A stretch of DNA of 32,000 nucleotides from Halorhodospira halophila SL1 (lineage in GTDB: Bacteria > Pseudomonadota > Gammaproteobacteria > Nitrococcales > Halorhodospiraceae). The stretch's first letter is position 1. Every line of letters begins with the position of its first letter. Shown piece by piece: positions 18,501 through 25,823 of the stretch. Where the stretch lies: positions 1,890,001 through 1,922,000 of the forward strand of contig NC_008789.1 of NCBI RefSeq assembly GCF_000015585.1. The letters are read 5' to 3'. The notes beneath the pieces were generated by a model. It was given only the letters and a program-made list of their open reading frames with translations, was not told the origin of the DNA and made no database searches. The position numbers and the translations under genes are program-made.

Positions 18501-18676
18501 ATCACCGCCGGGGCGGCACCGGTATAGCGGGTCTCGATGGAGACCAGCGGGGGATCGATGTCGGGGTACTCGCGTACCGGCAACTGAGCGAGGGAGGCGA
18601 TGCCGAGGACGACGATCAACACGCTGGCCACGGTGGCCAGGACGGGACGACGGATCGCAATGTCGGAGAGGATCAA
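15560..18676 (-). CDS. RND efflux transporter permease (AcrB/HAE1-like)
   Basis: 1038 aa with the typical N-terminus IRRPVLATV..LPVREYPDIDPP, 12-TM topology and two large periplasmic loops. The TTG start at 18676 overlaps the adaptor stop (TTGA). Confidence 0.93.
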   Translation of the reverse strand: MILSDIAIRRPVLATVASVLIVVLGIASLAQLPVREYPDIDPPLVSIETRYTGAAPAVIDTEITERIESAVSSVDGIRSMTSESRDGRGETNIEFELGRDIDAAANDVRDAIGRILDDLPVDADPPVVAKTEADARPMMWLSLSSSRMTPEEMTDYADRQLVDRLSVLDGVARVRIGGERRYAMRVWLDSDALAARDLTVEDVENALRRENIELPAGEIESTARQLTVRTDTRLRDRDAFARLVIERRGDELVRLEEVARVERGVEDDDTAVRLNGETAVGLGVIRQSRANTIAVADAVLEEMARIEEQLPGDLRLVVGYDESQFVRQSIREVVRTLLIAVALVVLTIFIFLRSLRATLIPSVTIPVAVIGAFTVMAPLGFSLNVLTLLALILAIGLVVDDAIVVLENIQRRIDEGEPPLLAAYRGVRQVGFAVIATTISLVAVFVPIAFMEGNVGRLFTEFGLVLAAAVVFSSFVALTLTGMLCSKWLRPRAEHPGRLQVATERVLTGLTLGYRRLLGRALGMPIAVLGVGVAAAVGAYALYQALPQELIPTEDRGVFIVPASAPEGSTAAHTDASVRELEAILRPLREDTGEARRVLTILGFGGRANSAFIIVGLEDWAERSRSQQQIVAETMPRLMTVPGVRAFAVNPPGLGQSGFQQPVQFVIGGTDYHEVADWAERVLDRARADNPRLLNLDSSYDATRPQLNVRIDRDRAADLGVSAEALGRTVQTLLASRTVTAYLDRGREYDVMLQAEAGDRRYPADLDRLHVRSLNDGALIPLSALVTLEEEGAPPVLSRVDRLPAVTLTASLAPGYDLGAALAYLEQVAAEELPATARVSYLGLSDEFKRAGGAVFLTFGLALLIVFLVLSAQFESFIHPLIIMTAVPLAITGALGALLLSGGSLNLYSQIGMILLIGLMTKNGILIVEFANQLRDQGYTVREAIHAGAALRFRPVLMTAVSTVFGAVPLVLALGAGAESRAAIGTVIIGGMGFATLLTLFVIPVLYDWLARYTTPVNVVGAELERLEHASGPPRGRV

Positions 18677-19773
18677 CGGGCCGCCTCGGCCAAGCCACTG
18701 CCATTCGCCGCATCACCGGCCGGACGGTTACGTACCCGGACCCGGGTGCCGTCACTCAGACGCTGGTGGCCCAGGGCGACCACCCGATCCGCGGGCTCGA
18801 GTCCGGCGCTGATCTCCACCCGGCCGTTCTGACGCTGCCCGATCTCCACATCCACCTGCCGGGCGACACCGTCGGTGATGCGGTAGACGTAGCGTCGGGG
18901 CCCGTCGAGGATCAGAGCCTCTTCCGGGATGACAACGGCCTGGCGGCGATCGAGTTCCAGCTCCACCTGCAGGAACATCCCGGGTTTGAGGCGGCCGTCC
19001 CGGTTGTCGATCTCGGACTCCAGGCGCAGGGTCCGGGTCACCGGATCGATCCGGCTGTCGATCCGGTGCAGTACCCCGGAGAAACGGTGCTCGGGAAATC
19101 CGGCACTGCCGGCCGTCACCGCCAGGCCGGTCTCGAGTCGCCCGAGCAGGCGCTCGGGAACGGTAAAGACAAGCCGCAGGATCTCGGTATCATCCAGGGT
19201 GGTCACCACGGTCTGCGGGTCGACGTAGGCACCGAGGCTCAGCCCGCGCATACCGACCACGCCCGCGAAAGGGGCGTGAATGCGGCGCTCGCGGAGTTGG
19301 ACCTCGGCCACCCGGACCTGGGCACTGGCCACGGCGACAGCAGCTGCCAGGGTGTCCACATCCTGCTCGGTGACATCCCCGGTCTCCCGCAAGGTACGAG
19401 CGCGACGCAGCTGTGCCTGCACATCCTCTAGGTGGGCCCGGGCCTCCTCCAGGGCCGCCCGCTCGCGCTCGGCGTCGAGCTCAAGCAGGATCTGCCCGGC
19501 TTCCACTGCCGCGCCTTCCTCGAAACCGATGGCGGTGATCCGGCCCGCCGTTTCGGTCACCACATCCAAGGCCTCCCGGGCACGGGCGGTTCCCGTCGCC
19601 CGGAAGGTGTCCCGGATCACGGCCCGCTCGGCATCGGCGGCCTCCACCACCACTTCGCGCCCTGCGGGGGGACCTGCCTGGGACGCCGGCTCGCCGCGGG
19701 TCAGCCAATAACCGCCGAAAGCCACCCCGGCAATCAGCAGGGCAGCGAAGAGGATCTGGTAAGCGGGACGCAT
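18673..19773 (-). CDS. RND efflux periplasmic adaptor (membrane fusion protein)
   Basis: N-terminal TM anchor, coiled-coil hairpin (ERERAALEEARAHLEDVQAQLRRA) and barrel-domain motifs (RIHAPFAGVVG). ATG 19773 is preceded by AGGAG. Confidence 0.9.
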   Translation of the reverse strand: MRPAYQILFAALLIAGVAFGGYWLTRGEPASQAGPPAGREVVVEAADAERAVIRDTFRATGTARAREALDVVTETAGRITAIGFEEGAAVEAGQILLELDAERERAALEEARAHLEDVQAQLRRARTLRETGDVTEQDVDTLAAAVAVASAQVRVAEVQLRERRIHAPFAGVVGMRGLSLGAYVDPQTVVTTLDDTEILRLVFTVPERLLGRLETGLAVTAGSAGFPEHRFSGVLHRIDSRIDPVTRTLRLESEIDNRDGRLKPGMFLQVELELDRRQAVVIPEEALILDGPRRYVYRITDGVARQVDVEIGQRQNGRVEISAGLEPADRVVALGHQRLSDGTRVRVRNRPAGDAANGSGLAEAAR

Positions 19774-19823
19774 GGTGACTCCTGGCCGGGGCCGTGGATG
19801 GCCACGGCTATATTAGCCGCCCC

Positions 19824-22064
19824 TTATGTGCCGCGCCATACGCGCTCCACCCGCTCACTGGATGAAAGCTTGGCCATCAACCGCGAGAGCTGCTGGACGT
19901 CACTGACCTGCACGTCGATATCGATGCGGTAGGCGTCCGCCGGCTCCGCATGGGTCTGTACCCCATCCAGGCGTACCCCTTCGTGGCCACAAAGGCGGGT
20001 GATCTCGCTCAACGGCCCGTCCAGCACGCCGGTACGGACGTGGATGCGCACCGGGTACCGACCGGCAGGGGCCGTACGCCAGTTGACGTCGAGCAGACGC
20101 TCTGGCTCGCGCTCACGCAGCTGCTCGACGTTGCGGCAATCCTGGCGGTGGATCGTTACCCCCGCCCCCCGGGTAATGAACCCGATAATCGGATCCCCCG
20201 GGGCCGGACTGCAGCAACGGGCCATGCGAGTCAACAGGTTGCCGACCCCCTCCACGGTGATATCGCCGTCGCCACCGGGTTTCTCGGTAGCGCGGGGCCG
20301 CTCGGGCGCAGAGGCGGGTTCGGGCTGCTGGGGCAGCAACCGGTCGCGCAACAGGGCTGCGATCTGCCCGGGGGTCACCTCGCCGCGACCCAGGGCCGAG
20401 AGGAACAGCTCCACCCGGGTATAGCGGCTGCGCCGGACCACCTCTTCGGTGCTGACGTCCTCCAGACCTAGACGGCGCAACTCCTTGTCCAGGGCCTGGC
20501 GGCCGGCGGCCACGTTCTTGTCGTGATCGCGCTGACGGAACCAGGTGCGCACCTTGGTGCGGGCCCGGTTGGTGTAGAGATAGCCCAGCTCCGGATTGAT
20601 CCAGTCGCGGCTCGGTCGCTCCTCGCGGCTGGTCAGGATCTCGACTCGATCCCCGTTGTCCAGGGCACGGGTCAGCGGCGCGATCCGGTTATTGATCTTG
20701 GCCCCGCGGCAGCGGTGCCCGAGGCCGGTATGGATGTGATAAGCAAAATCCAGCGCTGTCGCCCCGCGCGGCAGATCGATCACGTCGCCGCCGGGAGTCA
20801 GGGCGTAGACCCGATCGGCGAAGACCTCGGCACGGACACGATCGACGAAATCCCCCTCGTCGTCTTCATCCTCTCGCCCCCACTCTAGGATCTGACGCAG
20901 CCAGGCGATCTTCTGCTCGAATTCGGCATCCTGCTTGCCGCCCTCCTTGTAGCGCCAGTGGGCGGCAATGCCCAGCTCGGCCTCGGCGTGCATCTCGTGG
21001 GTACGGATCTGCACCTCCACCGCTTTGCCCTCGGGGCCGGCCACCGCGGTATGCAGCGAACGGTAGTTGTTCTCCTTGGGGGTTGCGATGTAGTCATCGA
21101 ACTCCCGCGGGATCGGCGTCCACAGGCCGTGGACGATCCCCAGGGCGGCGTAGCAGGTGCGCTCGTCATCGACGAGGATGCGCACTGCGCGCAGATCGTA
21201 GAGATCGTCGAAACGCAGCCCCTTGCGCTGCATCTTCCGATAGATGCTGTAGATGTGCTTGGGACGTCCGTAGACCTCGGCCTTGAGGCCGGCCTCGTCC
21301 ATGGCCGCCTGCAGCTGGCTGCAGACCTGCTCGATATAGGCCTCGCGGTCGCGCCGGCGCTCGGCCAGGCGTTTGGCCAGATCCATGTAGGCCTCGGGCT
21401 CCAGATGCCGAAAAGCCAGGTCTTCCAGCTCCCACTTGAGCTGCCAGATCCCCAACCGGTTGGCCAAGGGTGCATAGATATCCCGGGTCTCGCGGGCCAG
21501 GCGCATGCGCCCCTCCTCGTCGAGACCTCGACAGCTGCGCAGATCGTGCAACCGCTCGGCCAGGGCGATGAACACCACGCGGACGTCGCGGGCCATAGCC
21601 AGCAGCATCTTGCGCAGCCCCTCGACCCGCTCCCCCTGGATCGCTGCCTCCAGCTCGGCCGAATCGCGGAACCGACCAATGCCGTGCATACGGCACACCC
21701 CCTGGGCGAGCTCGGCGATATCACCTCCCAGGTGCTTGCGCAGACCGGCGATGGAGCCTTCCTGCAGCTCCGGCAGATCGTGGATCAGCGCCGCCGCCAG
21801 GGTCGCGGCGTCCAGACCCAGCTCGGCCAGGATGGTGGCGGTGTAGACGGCGTGGGCGAAATACGGCTCGCCCGAGTCGCGCAGCCGCTCACCGTAGCCG
21901 GCCCGTGCGCGCTCCCAGGCCTGCTCGAGCAGTGCACGGTCGGCGTCACTGACCGACACCGGCAGGCGATGCAGCCACACTGCGGGCTCCAGGGCGGTGA
22001 CGTCGTCGATATCGGCTAGGGCGGACTGGACCATGGGCCTCGGGGGTTCAAGTTGAGGGTTCAC
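19824..22064 (-). CDS. relA: RelA/SpoT-family (p)ppGpp synthetase, probably GTP pyrophosphokinase
   Basis: Synthetase blocks YGRPKHIYSIYRKM and YRSLHTAV, TGS and ACT regions. The track start is GTG 22064; ATG 22034 (MVQSAL) is an alternative. A relA versus spoT call cannot be made firmly by eye. Confidence 0.88.
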   Translation of the reverse strand: MNPQLEPPRPMVQSALADIDDVTALEPAVWLHRLPVSVSDADRALLEQAWERARAGYGERLRDSGEPYFAHAVYTATILAELGLDAATLAAALIHDLPELQEGSIAGLRKHLGGDIAELAQGVCRMHGIGRFRDSAELEAAIQGERVEGLRKMLLAMARDVRVVFIALAERLHDLRSCRGLDEEGRMRLARETRDIYAPLANRLGIWQLKWELEDLAFRHLEPEAYMDLAKRLAERRRDREAYIEQVCSQLQAAMDEAGLKAEVYGRPKHIYSIYRKMQRKGLRFDDLYDLRAVRILVDDERTCYAALGIVHGLWTPIPREFDDYIATPKENNYRSLHTAVAGPEGKAVEVQIRTHEMHAEAELGIAAHWRYKEGGKQDAEFEQKIAWLRQILEWGREDEDDEGDFVDRVRAEVFADRVYALTPGGDVIDLPRGATALDFAYHIHTGLGHRCRGAKINNRIAPLTRALDNGDRVEILTSREERPSRDWINPELGYLYTNRARTKVRTWFRQRDHDKNVAAGRQALDKELRRLGLEDVSTEEVVRRSRYTRVELFLSALGRGEVTPGQIAALLRDRLLPQQPEPASAPERPRATEKPGGDGDITVEGVGNLLTRMARCCSPAPGDPIIGFITRGAGVTIHRQDCRNVEQLREREPERLLDVNWRTAPAGRYPVRIHVRTGVLDGPLSEITRLCGHEGVRLDGVQTHAEPADAYRIDIDVQVSDVQQLSRLMAKLSSSERVERVWRGT

Positions 22065-22161
22065 GTTCAGGGTAGGAGAGTTTCAGGCTGCAGCGGCAAC
22101 GTGACAAGGGACAACAGACACACCGCCGGCCGCTACCCGAGAGGACCAACTGGGCCGATCA

Positions 22162-22203
22162 CCACTGTTGTACATAATACCATCTGTGTATATAGTACTA
22201 CCC
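22162..22203 (+). promoter_or_regulatory. lexA promoter with tandem CTGT-containing operator repeats
   Basis: Two 19-nt-periodic repeats, CCA-CTGTTGTACATAATAC (22162-22180) and CCATCTGT-GTATATAGTAC (22180-22198). TTGTAC (22168-22173), a 17 nt spacer and TATAGT (22191-22196) form a plausible promoter ending 7 nt before the lexA ATG. Confidence 0.55.
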
Positions 22204-22884
22204 ATGGATACTCTTACAGACCGCCAACGCGAAATCCTCGAGCTCATCCGCCGTTCGGTGGCCGAACGGGGATACCCCCCCACTCGCGCCGAGATCTGCC
22301 AAAGCCTCGGCTTCCGTTCACCGAACGCTGCCGAATCCCACCTCCGGGCGCTCGCCCGCAAGGGGGCCATCGAGATGCGGCGCGGCGCCTCGCGGGGCAT
22401 CCGCCTGACCGATGCCTTCGCCGGGGCCGCCCCCGAGCCCTCGCCGGCAACCGACGACCCGAACGCTGGACTGCCGGTGGTCGGGCGGGTGGCCGCCGGC
22501 AGTCCCCTGCTGGCCGAGGAAAGCATCGAGCGCTACTGCCAGGTCGACGCTTCACTATTCTCCCCACCGGCCGATTACCTACTGCGTGTGCGCGGTGAAA
22601 GCATGCGCGATGCCGGCATCCTGGACGGGGATCTGCTCGCCGTCCGCCGCGACACCGAGGCACGGGACGGGCAGATCGTGGTGGTTCGCCTCCACGACGA
22701 GGTGACCGTCAAGTTCCTGGAGCGCTGCAATGGCGTCCTGCGGCTGATTCCCGCCCATCCGGACTACCCGGTCATCGAGGTGGCGGCGGACGGCCAGGAT
22801 GCCGTACTCGAGGGCATCGGCGTGGGCGTACTGCGTAGCCCGCTCGATCCCAGAGGCCCGGAAGGTAACGCGGCATCCGACTGA
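22204..22884 (+). CDS. lexA: LexA repressor
   Basis: [56 protein letters not shown] closely parallels E. coli LexA. The C-terminal S24 peptidase has GESM and [10 protein letters not shown]. Start at ATG 22204 (residue M13 of the track ORF). Confidence 0.95.
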   Translation: MDTLTDRQREILELIRRSVAERGYPPTRAEICQSLGFRSPNAAESHLRALARKGAIEMRRGASRGIRLTDAFAGAAPEPSPATDDPNAGLPVVGRVAAGSPLLAEESIERYCQVDASLFSPPADYLLRVRGESMRDAGILDGDLLAVRRDTEARDGQIVVVRLHDEVTVKFLERCNGVLRLIPAHPDYPVIEVAADGQDAVLEGIGVGVLRSPLDPRGPEGNAASD

Positions 22885-22896
22885 GGAGGCGCAACC

Positions 22897-23733
22897 GTGA
22901 GCGAAGCTGCCCTGCAACCGCTGCTGGACGATCCGCGCATCTGGCGCCCCGGCCGCCGGACCGAAACCGCCCGGCACGCCGCCCTGGGTACCGGCTATCC
23001 GGAGCTGGATGCTGCCCTGCCCGATGGTGGCTGGCCGCTGGGCACCGTCACCGAGATCTTCCACCAGCAGCCCGCCATCGGCGAACTCCAGCTGATCCTG
23101 CCCTCCCTGGCAGCACTGAGCCGACGCAGACAGTGGCTGGCCCTGGTCGCTCCCCCCTACATCCCCTACGCTCCCGGGCTGGCCCACGCCGGCGTGGACC
23201 TCTCGCGGGTCTTGCTCATCCACCCCCGAGCCCACGAGGACCACCTCTGGGCCATCGAGCAGGCCCTGCGGAGCGGGACCTGCGGTGCGGTGGTGGGCTG
23301 GCCCCGGCAGGCCGACCGGACCACCCTGCGCCGGCTGCAGCTGGCCGCCGAGACCGGTGGTAGCTGGGCCGCACTGTTTCGTCCGCACAGCGCACGGCAC
23401 CAGGCCTCCACGGCGGCGATCCGCCTGGCCCTGCAACCGGAGGAAGACGCCACCCTTGGCATCGACCTGCTCAAATGCCGAGGCGGGCAACCGCGCCGGC
23501 TGCAGCTTCGCCCGGGGGAGGCCGTACACCCGGCGACCGACGCCCCCGCCGCCACGACCTCGCCGTACCCGGCCCCCCGTGCCGCGGGTGCCACCGGGAC
23601 GGCTGAACCGCCCCTTCAGGAGGCCCCGTACGGCGATCGCGCCCGCCAGGCTGCGCCACCTCCCCGCGGCCGACCGCGGCGGCAGGCGCCCCGCTCCCGG
23701 CGGGCCGCAGGGCAGCTACCCCTCCCTCTGTAG
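22897..23733 (+). CDS. imuA: ImuA / SulA-like translesion-synthesis accessory protein
   Basis: RecA/SulA-like core (GYPELDAALPDGGWPLGTVTEI, GELQLILPSLA, WLALVAPPY), positioned between lexA and imuB. GTG 22897 has GAGGAGG 6 nt upstream and lies 12 nt after the lexA stop. It carries a long Pro/Ala/Arg-rich tail. Confidence 0.8.
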   Translation: MSEAALQPLLDDPRIWRPGRRTETARHAALGTGYPELDAALPDGGWPLGTVTEIFHQQPAIGELQLILPSLAALSRRRQWLALVAPPYIPYAPGLAHAGVDLSRVLLIHPRAHEDHLWAIEQALRSGTCGAVVGWPRQADRTTLRRLQLAAETGGSWAALFRPHSARHQASTAAIRLALQPEEDATLGIDLLKCRGGQPRRLQLRPGEAVHPATDAPAATTSPYPAPRAAGATGTAEPPLQEAPYGDRARQAAPPPRGRPRRQAPRSRRAAGQLPLPL

Positions 23734-23770
23734 CGCTGGTAGCGCGCCCACGCTGCGACCGACCACCACC

Positions 23771-25069
23771 ATGCCGGAGCCACAGACCAGCCCGTTGTGG
23801 CTCGCCGTCCACCTGCCTACGCTCACCGCCGAGGCTCCCTCGGCCTCGGCGGCCCCCACCCTGGAGCAGATCGCCCTATGGGGGCTGGAACTCACCCATC
23901 AGGCGAGCCTCGAGCCCCCGGACACCGTCTTCCTCGAGGTCGGCGGCAGCCAGCGCCTGTTCGGCGGCCGGGCCGCGATCCAGCAGCGCGCCCAAGAGGG
24001 CCTGCGCGAATTGGGCCAACCCCGGGCCGCACTGGCCGCTGCCCCCACCCCGCAAGGCGCCCGACTGCTCGCCCGGGCCAGCCCCGGGATCTGGCTCACC
24101 GACCGCCAGTCGCTCCGCCGCGCGCTGATGCCCCTACCGTGCCACCTCCTCGATCCGACACCGGCCCAGCAGTCCGCACTGAGCACCTTGGGCCTGACGC
24201 GGTTGGGCGATTGCCTGCGCATGCCCCGCAGCGGTCTGCGCCGCCGCATCGGCGACCCCCCTATCCGCACCCTGGAGCAGGCCCTCGGCGAGCGCCCCGA
24301 GCCGCGCCGCTGCATCCCACCACCCCAGCGCTACCGTGGTCGCCTGGAACTCCCGGCCCCGACCGCAGCCACTCAGGCAACCGGCTTCGCCCTGCAGCGC
24401 CTGCTGCGCGCCCTAGTCGGCATGCTTCGCGGCCTCGATGCCGGGATCCAGCAGGCCGCGGTCGCCCTGGAGCACCCGGATGGTCCGGATACGCGGCTGA
24501 CCCTGGGCTTCCTGCGTCCGACCCGCGACCTGGAGCACATGGCCCACATCGCCCGCCACCGGCTGGAACGCCAGGCACTCCCCGATGTGGCCACCGCCGT
24601 CCGTCTCGAGGCGGATCAACTCCTGCCCTACCAAGGGACCAGCGGCGACCTCTTCGAGCGTACGGGCGCCGATGGCGAAGCCGTGCGCACCCTCAGCGAG
24701 CGACTCATCGCCCGCTTGGGGGCCGATTGCGTCCAACGCCTGGCTACCTACCCCGACCCACGTCCGGAGCGTGCCTGGTGCCGCCTACCGTTGGAACACC
24801 CGGACCGGCCCCCCGCCGCAACGCTGCCGCGGCCGGTCTGGCTCTTGCCACACCCGCGGCGTCTACTCAGCGGCGAGGGCGGAGAACCGCACTGGGGCGG
24901 CCCGCTGTGCCTGGAAGCGGGTCCGGAACGGATCGAAAGCGGCTGGTGGGACGACGAGGACGTGGCCCGCGATTACTACGTCGCGCGCGCCCCGGTCGGC
25001 AGCCGGCTCTGGGTCTATCGCGACCGTCGCCCGCCCTACGGTTGGCACCTGCACGGCTTCTTTGCCTGA
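23771..25069 (+). CDS. imuB: ImuB, Y-family DNA polymerase-like protein
   Basis: The N-terminus PLWLAVHLPTL..LE..ALW and the overall layout are typical of ImuB. It follows imuA. ATG 23771 is the only nearby in-frame start. No obvious SD. Confidence 0.8.
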   Translation: MPEPQTSPLWLAVHLPTLTAEAPSASAAPTLEQIALWGLELTHQASLEPPDTVFLEVGGSQRLFGGRAAIQQRAQEGLRELGQPRAALAAAPTPQGARLLARASPGIWLTDRQSLRRALMPLPCHLLDPTPAQQSALSTLGLTRLGDCLRMPRSGLRRRIGDPPIRTLEQALGERPEPRRCIPPPQRYRGRLELPAPTAATQATGFALQRLLRALVGMLRGLDAGIQQAAVALEHPDGPDTRLTLGFLRPTRDLEHMAHIARHRLERQALPDVATAVRLEADQLLPYQGTSGDLFERTGADGEAVRTLSERLIARLGADCVQRLATYPDPRPERAWCRLPLEHPDRPPAATLPRPVWLLPHPRRLLSGEGGEPHWGGPLCLEAGPERIESGWWDDEDVARDYYVARAPVGSRLWVYRDRRPPYGWHLHGFFA

Positions 25070-25074
25070 ACCGC

Positions 25075-25725
25075 TCAGGGCACCCCGGTGACGATCTCCA
25101 CCCCGGCCGCCTGCAGCGTCCGCTGCACCGAGGCGTCGTTGCTGGCATCCACAGGACGGGTCAGATCCCACAGGAAGTGCACCCCGAAGCCCGCCTGGGC
25201 CCCGTCCTCCGCGCTCCACAGTGCGCAGTAGTCCCTCGCCAGGCCGCAGACGTAGAGCTGCTCGACACCGAGTTCGCGCAGGTAGCCGGTCAGACCCGTC
25301 GACGGCCGCCGTCCATCCGGGGCGAAGTTCTCGCGGAACGCGCTGTACGAGTCGACCAGCGGATCGGTGGCCTTACGCAGGATGAGGTCTGCATGGCGCC
25401 ATGGGACCCCGTCGTGCAGGGCTGCACCGCGGGTCTCCTGGACACAGTGATCGGGCCAGAGCACCTGGTCGACGCCGTGGAGCTCGATCACCTCGAAGGG
25501 GGAACACCCTGGATGGCTGGAGGCAAAGGAGATGTGCCCCGGTGGGTGCCAGTCCTGGGTCGCCACCACGTAGCGGCTGGGCGCCCGCTCCAGCAGGCGG
25601 GCAATGGGGGGGACCACTTCGTCGCCGCCCTGGGTCGGCAACGCACCGCCGGGCATAAAGTCCGGCTGGACGTCGACGACGAGCAACGCGGCGTGCTCCG
25701 CGTCTCTTAGCTTGGCTTCAACCAC
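25075..25725 (-). CDS. pncA: nicotinamidase/pyrazinamidase
   Basis: ALLVVDVQPDFMPGGAL, ATQDWHPPGHISFA and VCGLARDYC (catalytic Cys) are isochorismatase/PncA motifs. The track start is GTG 25752. I prefer GTG 25725, which has GGGAGG 5 nt upstream. Confidence 0.85.
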   Translation of the reverse strand: MVEAKLRDAEHAALLVVDVQPDFMPGGALPTQGGDEVVPPIARLLERAPSRYVVATQDWHPPGHISFASSHPGCSPFEVIELHGVDQVLWPDHCVQETRGAALHDGVPWRHADLILRKATDPLVDSYSAFRENFAPDGRRPSTGLTGYLRELGVEQLYVCGLARDYCALWSAEDGAQAGFGVHFLWDLTRPVDASNDASVQRTLQAAGVEIVTGVP

Positions 25726-25823
25726 CGCAACCTCCCGACGATCGGTCGGCACCCCCTTCAGGGTAGCCGCCGCGGCGCCGGCAGCAAGCCGACACCGCAG
25801 CGATTGCAGTGGTCCGGCGGCCG

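Noticed and set aside
19791-19808. A 7 bp hairpin (gccgtgg-atgg-ccacggc) between relA and the RND adaptor gene as a relA terminator
   Set aside because: The stem is short and no U-tract follows on the minus strand. This is too weak to annotate.
22160-22203. Canonical gammaproteobacterial SOS boxes (CTGT-N8-ACAG) upstream of lexA
   Set aside because: I checked both strands. Each CTGT has ATAC or TACT where ACAG should be, so I did not annotate standard SOS boxes and reported the repeats as non-canonical instead.
23797-25710. A 637 aa plus-strand ORF overlapping imuB (other frame) and pncA (antisense)
   Set aside because: It is an alternative-frame artefact. The ImuB and PncA motifs lie in the other frames, and this translation is Pro/Arg/Gly low-complexity.
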